IMG/VR virus record: IMGVR_UViG_3300020040_000048
Location: 1 to 5,599 of that record
Direction: 5' to 3' (one strand)
Length of the DNA stretch: 5,599 nucleotides
Source of the DNA: a virus
Shown here: piece after piece, positions 1 through 4,445 of the stretch
Layout of the letters: each line of letters opens with the position of its first letter
Numbering within the stretch: position 1 is the stretch's first letter
The notes under the pieces: model-generated
Databases searched by the model: none
What the model was told of the DNA's origin: nothing
Seen by the model: only the letters and a program-made list of their open reading frames with translations
Made by a program: the position numbers and the translations under genes

Positions 1-121
1 CAAGGAAGATAACGCACTGACAAAGCACCAGCAGACGTAGGAGTAGTTTCACCAAACAAGGGGGTCTGGATACGGCTATCTCTATACCAGTCATCATAAA
101 TCTTGTGATAAGCCATAAACC
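1..121. repeat. Terminal direct repeat, copy 1 (identical to 5479-5599). It is the circular-closure overlap of a 5,478-nt genome.
   Basis: Base-by-base comparison shows caaggaagataacgcactg...gtgataagccataaacc at both 1-121 and 5479-5599. The repeat lies inside one continuous reading frame (VP1). Confidence 0.97.
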
Positions 122-566
122 GCAAGATATTGTTAATACGCTGATTAGTATTAACAGTACCCTTATAGCCTAAATAATCGGCAAGAGAACCACGACCAAG
201 CTTAGCAGCATTAGCGGAAGGCACGGTAATAAAAGGGAGAAGAGAAGACACGTCAGACGCAGAAGGAACATTGTTACCAGTAGGCGAGGTCATAAACTTC
301 TGCCAACCGCCGTAAAGAAGGCGACAAGGAACAAAAAAAGCTTCCATCTTAAAACGAACACGTCCGTAAAAATCAGTCGCCATAGGAGGTAACTGAATCT
401 CGAAAGCGGAACCAACACTTACCCTGTCGCCAGGGATAAGAAGGTCTGTCATAACAGGCACGAGTTGACCACACTTAAGTGTCAACATATTTTCGTGCGA
501 CAAGTCGAAACCAGAGCGGTTGGGAACTTGTATCGGCGTAGAGCCGAAAAAAATGCGATTTGCCAT
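1..566 (-). CDS. VP1: Major capsid protein VP1 (phiX174 F homologue), 5'/N-terminal part. It continues across the circular junction into 5478->4446.
   Basis: ATG at 566-564; the frame stays open to the window edge. Hand translation: MANRIFFGSTPIQVPNRSGFDLSHENMLTLKCGQLVPVMTDLLIPGDRVSVGSAFEIQLPPMATDFYGRVRFKMEAFFVPCRLLYGGWQKFMTSPTGNN...GSLADYLGYKGTVNTNQRINNILRFMAYHKIYDDWYRD. It is in frame with ORF 4446..5594 through the repeat (566-116=450). Total length is 566+1033=1599 nt, or 532 aa plus stop. The SGFDLSH, FFVPCRLL-W and YHKIYDDWYRD blocks are typical of microvirus capsid N-termini. Confidence 0.9.
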   Translation of the reverse strand, partial: MANRIFFGSTPIQVPNRSGFDLSHENMLTLKCGQLVPVMTDLLIPGDRVSVGSAFEIQLPPMATDFYGRVRFKMEAFFVPCRLLYGGWQKFMTSPTGNNVPSASDVSSLLPFITVPSANAAKLGRGSLADYLGYKGTVNTNQRINNILRFMAYHKIYDDWYRDSRIQTPLFGETTPTSAGALSVRYLP

Positions 567-577
567 ATAAAATAAAA

Positions 578-1552
578 TTAGATCTGGGATTTGTCATAAG
601 ATTCACCTAAAGTCTTCCGAATCTCTCTTTCTCTGCATAGTCTTTCGCTATCATCTTGCAAATCAAGTATATGAATGGCTTCAGATAACGTGCAACACCT
701 TTCGGATTGTATTCTTTCCAGTGCACTATCACGAAGTTTGTTAGACTCCGAATGTAAATAATCAGCAACTTTGTGCGATAAACGAGTTTTTTCACCATAT
801 ATCTTTGTCTTAAAATACCTTGGCATCTTATAGCCAAATTTTCCAATAAAAACACGGGAACGATCGCCGACACGCTGATAATAGCGGTCCAAGCGAGGGT
901 TAATAGAACAATCAGCAGCGAGATGATAATCTTTCATACGCGTTACATATGAAAGACCAAATCCCTTGCTTACAAGGTGAAAAGTAGGCTTTACAATTCC
1001 CTGAACCTCATAGGGGTTTTTGAAGAATCCCTTCGAACAATATTTAGCAACGTAACGAGACGCACCACCGCAATTATTAGCAGAAATAAGCCTATAAGTA
1101 GTGAAACCAAAGCGAGTGTTCCAGTCAGATAACAGGAGGCGAAACTCAATATCATCGACACCAAAGATAACACCGTGGTAATGAGGCCGTAAAGTACGAG
1201 GCCCATATTCTGACGTGATAAAGTACTTAATTCCTTCCTTCGTTTTACCTTCCTTTCGAGATAACCTCGTGCGAAACCTCTTAATCCAATCTTGCACGTG
1301 TGACTTACACACCGACTGATATAATAAACCACTGTGACTGTCACAAATAAGAGGAACATTATTGTTATTATAAGTGAGAGTAAAAAAGTAACCATAACCG
1401 TATTGTCTAAATTCTTCCTGAATTCTAATGCTCCAAGCATTTTGATAGTCTTTGAGACACGCCATACACTTACCACAAGGGACCGCAATACGGCGGATTC
1501 CTCCAGTCGCATTGGGCTCCTTGATTGTGATGGTAAGCGGGTTGTAACACAT
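578..1552 (-). CDS. VP4: Replication initiation protein VP4 (HUH rolling-circle endonuclease, phiX174 A-like)
   Basis: 324-aa ORF. N-terminus MCYNPL...VPCGKCMACLKDYQNAW (Cys cluster). Motif 1 is YFFTLTY. The HUH motif PHYHGVIFG has HYH encoded at 1175-1183. The double-Tyr catalytic motif YVAKY is encoded at 1040-1054. The stop lies 11 nt upstream of the VP1 start. Confidence 0.92.
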   Translation of the reverse strand: MCYNPLTITIKEPNATGGIRRIAVPCGKCMACLKDYQNAWSIRIQEEFRQYGYGYFFTLTYNNNNVPLICDSHSGLLYQSVCKSHVQDWIKRFRTRLSRKEGKTKEGIKYFITSEYGPRTLRPHYHGVIFGVDDIEFRLLLSDWNTRFGFTTYRLISANNCGGASRYVAKYCSKGFFKNPYEVQGIVKPTFHLVSKGFGLSYVTRMKDYHLAADCSINPRLDRYYQRVGDRSRVFIGKFGYKMPRYFKTKIYGEKTRLSHKVADYLHSESNKLRDSALERIQSERCCTLSEAIHILDLQDDSERLCREREIRKTLGESYDKSQI

Positions 1553-1559
1553 ATACTAA

Positions 1560-1832
1560 CTATCTATCAAATAGATCAACATAACGGGGCGTAAATAACT
1601 CAGATTGGTCACGATAAAATTTGTCAGCGTGACGCCTGTGTGCGAAATACTCACAAAATTCTCTGACATCGTCAGCGCGTTGCTGTGTCCAGTATTCGGA
1701 TTCGGCTTTAGCATAAATTTCCTCATTTATCTTCGACATCAAAGTAGGAGTGCACAATTCAACAGGGATCAGGCCTAAATCGAGGATCATTCCAGCAAGC
1801 ACCTCATTTTCATTTAACAATGCGCCTAACAT
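1560..1832 (-). CDS. Hypothetical protein (about 90 aa from ATG 1832; an alternative ATG at 1790 gives 76 aa)
   Basis: This is the C-terminal two-thirds of the 152-aa track ORF. It reads as ordinary hydrophilic protein: ...MSKINEEIYAKAESEYWTQQRADDVREFCEYFAHRRHADKFYRDQSELFTPRYVDLFDR. The stop is 7 nt before the VP4 ATG. I rejected the upstream hydrophobic part of the track ORF as a +1-frame shadow of ORF 1810-2097. No family recognised. Confidence 0.6.
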   Translation of the reverse strand: MLGALLNENEVLAGMILDLGLIPVELCTPTLMSKINEEIYAKAESEYWTQQRADDVREFCEYFAHRRHADKFYRDQSELFTPRYVDLFDR

Positions 1833-2097
1833 AATCAAGTAGAGAATTATGTGACCACTGACAAAAAAAGTCTTTATCGCACCTGAGCAGAGCAACCAAA
1901 ATAAAAGATCCATCGCCAGACATAGCGAAATGTGAAGCCTCAACATGATAACGACGGGACAACCAAAGAATGATACGTGACGGCCATTCAGATGAAATGT
2001 AAGGCACAGTGCGAACAACCGTAAGAGCTACACGTAGAATTTCGTCTTCCTTAAAGGATTCATAACGAAGAGTTACCTTTTTCAAAGTTTCAACCAT
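1810..2097 (-). CDS. Hypothetical protein, 95 aa; first gene after the long intergenic region
   Basis: ATG at 2097 directly follows the recurrent motif TTATTGTCAA. Sequence: MVETLKKVTLRYESFKEDEILRVALTVVRTVPYISSEWPSRIILWLSRRYHVEASHF... It is on the same strand as all other genes. Third codon positions look T-rich where I checked, as in the core genes. No family recognised. Confidence 0.6.
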   Translation of the reverse strand: MVETLKKVTLRYESFKEDEILRVALTVVRTVPYISSEWPSRIILWLSRRYHVEASHFAMSGDGSFILVALLRCDKDFFCQWSHNSLLDYVRRIVK

Positions 2098-2385
2098 TTG
2101 ACAATAATTCTTTTGTTAATAAATGTGTTCTAAGAGAAAAGAAAGGCTTTGTTATACGGGCACTTTAACAAAAATTTTCTTTCTTTCATCTTATTGGCCG
2201 CAATATACGAAGAAAGAAAAGAATACGCAAGAGCATTCGACCTTTTGACATTATTTTATACTTTTTGATAATTAAAATTATTATAATTTATTTTTTTATT
2301 AAGATACAGGACGAATGCTATCGCATAGCGGAATAATTGGTTTTTCATTGAGGAGATCCTCAAACTCCCTTGGACATCAACGAAC
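2098..2385 (-). promoter_or_regulatory. Long AT-rich non-coding region with nested inverted repeats. Presumed promoter and/or complementary-strand origin region.
   Basis: No ORF of convincing length on the coding strand. An 11-bp inverted repeat pairs TTTTCTTTCTT (2175-2185) with AAGAAAGAAAA (2210-2220). An 8-bp inverted repeat pairs AGCATTCG (2232-2239) with CGAATGCT (2312-2319) and brackets an almost pure A/T core (2243-2308). Small hairpins occur at 2317-2329 and 2348-2363. The region lies between a terminator-like structure and the next gene start. I could not pin down a specific -35/-10 or -33/-7 pair on the coding strand. Confidence 0.4.
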
Positions 2386-2421
2386 AAAAAAAATTGCACT
2401 TGCAAGCGTGCAAGCACAATT
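2386..2421 (-). terminator. Rho-independent terminator-like hairpin plus T8 on the coding strand
   Basis: The minus-strand RNA reads AAUUGUGCUUGCA-CGCU-UGCAAGUGCAAUU followed by a U run (T8 is the complement of A8 at 2386-2393). The two mismatched positions on the plus strand (C-A and A-C at 2397/2416 and 2398/2415) become G-U wobbles only on the minus-strand transcript. That gives a continuous 13-bp stem and supports the minus orientation. Confidence 0.6.
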
Positions 2422-2432
2422 TCTTTCGCTCA

Positions 2433-2477
2433 TTGATGCCCTCGATAAGGGCTAACGCCTCACGGCGAGGGCATCAA
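2433..2477 (-). other. Perfect 12-bp stem-loop overlapping the stop codon of the 133-aa ORF
   Basis: TTGATGCCCTCG (2433-2444) pairs with CGAGGGCATCAA (2466-2477) around a 21-nt loop. The TGA stop (2460-2462) lies in the loop. The structure sits immediately upstream, in transcript sense, of the T8 terminator hairpin. Confidence 0.7.
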
Positions 2478-2861
2478 GAAAGTTGTCACTACAGAACCTG
2501 TGCGACCAATTGCGGTCTGGATACATCGGCGTGCAGTTGCCGCCTGTGTTCCAGCGGCCGCAGTGGCGGCCGCTTCTTGAGTTAGAGGCGGCCTCACGGC
2601 CGCGGTTGACGTGGCGGGGCGCGGGAGAGCGCGCACGCGGGAGACAACGAACCGTTTGTGAACAGACGTGACGAGGCGAACCGAAGTAGTATCTTTAATC
2701 TCTCTTGTCTGTCGCCGTTCCACTTCCACTTGACGTATAGCCGAACAAGAAGAAAGGAAGTAGATGGCGATTAAACCAGCGACTGCGAGCGGCGCAACTA
2801 CTTTAACCCATTTAGGGGCGGATTTGAGCCACGAAGTAAGAAACTCGATCATTTTTTCCAT
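2460..2861 (-). CDS. Hypothetical membrane-anchored protein or putative lipoprotein, 133 aa, with an Ala/Thr/Pro/Arg-rich low-complexity C-terminal half
   Basis: ATG at 2861 follows the motif TTATTGACAA. The N-terminus has basic residues (K13, K17, K20), then the hydrophobic run VVAPLAVAGLIAIYF, then L-S-S-C (CTT TCT TCT TGT at 2745-2756). That fits the lipobox pattern [LVI][ASTVI][GAS]C, with Cys39. The 3' half lies in the GC-rich island and uses GC-ending codons, unlike the rest of the genome. Confidence 0.6.
   Translation of the reverse strand: MEKMIEFLTSWLKSAPKWVKVVAPLAVAGLIAIYFLSSCSAIRQVEVERRQTREIKDTTSVRLVTSVHKRFVVSRVRALPRPATSTAAVRPPLTQEAAATAAAGTQAATARRCIQTAIGRTGSVVTTFLMPSP
2500..2660. 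other. GC-rich compositional island rich in CpG palindromes
   Basis: My manual count for 2541-2640 is 75 G+C in 100 nt, in a genome that otherwise looks AT-leaning. Two GCGGCCGC sites (2554-2561 and 2566-2573) form a perfect 9-bp hairpin, AGCGGCCGC-AGTG-GCGGCCGCT (2553-2574). A CCGCGG, a GCGCGC and a direct repeat of CGCGGGAGA (2620-2628 and 2636-2644) are also present. Confidence 0.85.
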
Positions 2862-2944
2862 TTGTCAATAAATTTTGATAAAAGTTTGTAAGGTAAATAA
2901 ATACACACTGCAAACAAAACGATAAGCATTATCCAAAATCCCAT
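2849..2944 (-). CDS. Candidate 31-aa hydrophobic mini-protein (below the ORF-track length cut-off)
   Basis: Hand translation from ATG 2944-2942 gives MGFWIMLIVLFAVCIYLPYKLLSKFIDKWKK, ending at TGA 2851-2849. It has one predicted TM helix and a basic tail. It fills most of the 115-nt VP2-to-ORF133 gap and overlaps the ORF133 start by 13 nt, which would allow translational coupling. The surrounding sequence is AT-rich, where stop-free runs are uncommon. Confidence 0.35.
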   Translation of the reverse strand: MGFWIMLIVLFAVCIYLPYKLLSKFIDKWKK

Positions 2945-2976
2945 AACGATAATATTTTTCGCAATATAAGCAGATT

Positions 2977-3984
2977 CTATAACTTCAGCAAACGTTTTCC
3001 AGTTTTAGTTAGCCAAGACTTTGCTTTACCTATACCGCTATCAACACGGCGTGAAAACTCTCCTGTAACATTAAAAAGCAACTGAGGCCAAGAAGTTGAC
3101 TTTGCAACTCCTGTACTTTTCGTAAGCTGATTTTCTACTCCTTTCTGAAAGTTATCAAGGCTAAAAGAATTACCTTGCATATTAGATAGGTAAGTTTGAG
3201 CAGCAAGAAGAGCAGGACGCATTTCCTCAGTAACAACCTGCGCAGCGACAAGGCGGCGAGTCTCACCCTTTATCTCTGTATCAGCAATAATATTTTGCTG
3301 ACGCAAGTACTCCGTAACCTGCTCAATCTTAGTCTTTTCCGTCTGAGCGATAATTCTATCAATTTGAGCATCTGAAAGCTGACTATTTACATAGTTCAAC
3401 TTAGATTGCGAATCCATTAACTGCCATTGAAATTGTGCAGTAGTAAGAGCAGCCTGTGAGTTCAAAACACTCATTTCACCTTTCTGCAATTCCTGTTCAA
3501 GAAGCTGCGGACTGTAAGCATTATGAATTTGTTTGCCAAGAGCAGAAGCACGTAAATCCTCAGATTGAGCGGACATCAACTCAACCTCGGAAGGCAATTT
3601 AGCGAAATTGGAAAGCATAGACATAAGACCTTCAACACCACTAACGCCAACAGGCGAAGCAGCGGCAGAATCACCAGAAGGACCATTTGACGCAGAAGAA
3701 AGCGATATAGGAGTTACACCACGACCGTACATAAGTGCAGGGTTAAGGCCAGCATCTTGATATTGACGAACCTGTGCTTGCGGCGACTGATATTTTGTAT
3801 AAACGTCTTCTTGAAATTGACGTGCTTTTTGAGCTTCAGCAGATTGAAATTCACGATTAATAGAAGCCTCTGATGAATTAAACTCCATTAAATCACGATC
3901 ACGCCCTGTAGCTTTTCGATTGGAAAAATAAGCGGTAAGACCGCCAGCAATAGCCGCAACAGCGGCAGCAACTAATGACCACAT
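2977..3984 (-). CDS. VP2: Minor capsid / DNA pilot protein VP2 (phiX174 H analogue)
   Basis: 335-aa ORF. The N-terminal hydrophobic helix is MWSLVAAAVAAIAGGLTAYF, followed by NREFQSAEAQKARQFQEDVYTKYQSPQAQVRQYQDAGLNPALMYG. The FQE...YQ...AGLNP-L-YG block is the conserved signature I associate with gokushovirus-type VP2. A long Gln/Glu/Leu-rich region, likely coiled coil, follows. Confidence 0.85.
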   Translation of the reverse strand: MWSLVAAAVAAIAGGLTAYFSNRKATGRDRDLMEFNSSEASINREFQSAEAQKARQFQEDVYTKYQSPQAQVRQYQDAGLNPALMYGRGVTPISLSSASNGPSGDSAAASPVGVSGVEGLMSMLSNFAKLPSEVELMSAQSEDLRASALGKQIHNAYSPQLLEQELQKGEMSVLNSQAALTTAQFQWQLMDSQSKLNYVNSQLSDAQIDRIIAQTEKTKIEQVTEYLRQQNIIADTEIKGETRRLVAAQVVTEEMRPALLAAQTYLSNMQGNSFSLDNFQKGVENQLTKSTGVAKSTSWPQLLFNVTGEFSRRVDSGIGKAKSWLTKTGKRLLKL

Positions 3985-4011
3985 AACTACCTGATTTTTA
4001 AATCTGTGTCA

Positions 4012-4045
4012 AAGCGCACTATATTATCAAGTATATAGTGCGCTT
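4012..4045 (-). promoter_or_regulatory. Perfect 13-bp intergenic stem-loop; candidate viral-strand (rolling-circle) origin or RNA-stabilising hairpin
   Basis: AAGCGCACTATAT (4012-4024) pairs with ATATAGTGCGCTT (4033-4045) around an 8-nt loop, 4025-4032. On the coding/viral strand the loop reads ACTTGATA. The hairpin lies in the 72-nt gap between the small acidic ORF and VP2. No strong U tract follows it, so it is a poor intrinsic terminator. Confidence 0.5.
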
Positions 4046-4056
4046 CGATGTCCGTT

Positions 4057-4371
4057 CTAAAGTACATCGTCAGAAGATGACACGGTTTTAGCGGCAGCAG
4101 CAGCGGCAGCGGCAGAGGCAGCAGCGGCGGCGTCAGCTTTTTCCTTAGCAGCCCTACCAGCGGCAAGAATAGCCCGCTGAGCGTCTATAGCCTCAAAGGC
4201 ATCCGACACACGGCCAGTAATAGCAGAAGGCTCCTCAATAGAATTGAAATCAGCAACAACACCAGTATCTTGTACTGTGTTAGTCTCAATAGCTTTATTA
4301 AGGTCAGTAGCGAGGGAAGGAACATGTTCCTGAATATCTCGAACTTTGTCGAAATTACATATCTGTAACAT
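4057..4371 (-). CDS. Small acidic protein with C-terminal poly-alanine tract (104 aa from ATG 4371; the track's TTG start at 4392 would give 111 aa). Possible scaffolding-like role; function unknown.
   Basis: Sequence: MLQICNFDKVRDIQEHVPSLATDLNKAIETNTVQDTGVVADFNSIEEPSAITGRVSDAFEAIDAQRAILAAGRAAKEKADAAAAASAAAAAAAAKTVSSSDDVL. It is net acidic, with about 16 D/E against about 9 K/R. It sits directly downstream of VP1. The ATG start is preferred because the upstream TTG lies inside the recurrent ATTGACAAAT motif. Confidence 0.65.
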   Translation of the reverse strand: MLQICNFDKVRDIQEHVPSLATDLNKAIETNTVQDTGVVADFNSIEEPSAITGRVSDAFEAIDAQRAILAAGRAAKEKADAAAAASAAAAAAAAKTVSSSDDVL

Positions 4372-4394
4372 AAATCGAAATAAATTTGTCAATT

Positions 4395-4430
4395 AACAAA
4401 GTAAATACCAAGGGGCAAAAGCCCCTTGGT
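4395..4430 (-). terminator. Terminator-like or attenuating hairpin downstream of VP1
   Basis: ACCAAGGGGC (4407-4416) pairs with GCCCCTTGGT (4421-4430) around a 4-nt loop. On the minus-strand transcript it is followed by AUUUACUUUGUU, which is moderately U-rich. It starts 16 nt after the VP1 stop codon (4446-4448). Confidence 0.5.
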
Positions 4431-4445
4431 TGCTATGAACAAAGC

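Noticed and set aside
1-121. Terminal repeats read as LTR, IS or att-type repeats of a mobile element or prophage
   Set aside because: The repeat is a direct, exact overlap lying in frame inside one capsid gene. No integrase, transposase or flanking host sequence is present. Circular-assembly redundancy explains it fully.
662-672. A second copy of the 11-mer ATCAAGTATAT (viral strand ATATACTTGAT) shared with the origin-candidate hairpin (4026-4036), lying inside VP4 as the phiX origin lies inside gene A. A third ACTTGAT occurs at the complement of 1834-1840.
   Set aside because: A few exact 11-mer repeats are expected by chance in about 5.5 kb of AT-leaning sequence. These copies are not in a hairpin. 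I keep them only as alternative nick-site candidates under the origin finding.
607-1512. An 88-aa ORF (607..873) and a 173-aa ORF (991..1512) on the minus strand inside VP4
   Set aside because: They are in the same +1-frame relationship to VP4 (coordinate offset 2 mod 3) and have the same hydrophobic, low-complexity character. I treat them as frame shadows of a T3-biased gene.
1334-1594. An 86-aa plus-strand ORF antisense to VP4
   Set aside because: It lies on the strand opposite to every recognisable gene. Microviruses transcribe one strand only. It sits wholly within VP4 and ORF-B and has no supporting signals.
1833-2018. N-terminal 62 residues of the 152-aa track ORF (MFALCLTFHLNGRHVSFFGCPVVIMLRLHISLCLAMDLLFWLLCSG...)
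   Set aside because: This stretch is the +1 frame of ORF-A and is Cys/Leu/Phe-rich junk-like sequence. The real ORF-B most likely starts at ATG 1832 or 1790.
2245-2273. A sigma70-like promoter on the plus strand: TTGACA (2245-2250), a 16-nt spacer, then GATAAT (2267-2272)
   Set aside because: It points antisense to all genes, with no plus-strand gene downstream. The region is almost pure A/T, where -10-like hexamers are frequent. The likely host class may not use this consensus. It would be worth revisiting only if antisense transcripts are detected.
2256-2348. A 30-codon minus-strand ORF in the long intergenic region (MKNQLFRYAIAFVLYLNKKINYNNFNYQKV), plus several 18-21-codon ORFs nearby
   Set aside because: The Asn/Lys/Tyr-rich tail is simply the translated A/T core. 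The ORF runs through the inverted-repeat structures. Nothing distinguishes it from chance.
2370-2671. Plus-strand ORFs 2370..2585 (71 aa, TTG start) and 2483..2671 (62 aa, Arg-rich). The latter might be a J-like basic DNA-binding protein.
   Set aside because: They are on the wrong strand for a microvirus. They are open mainly because the GC-rich island lacks stop codons in most frames. Arg-richness follows from CGN-rich sequence.
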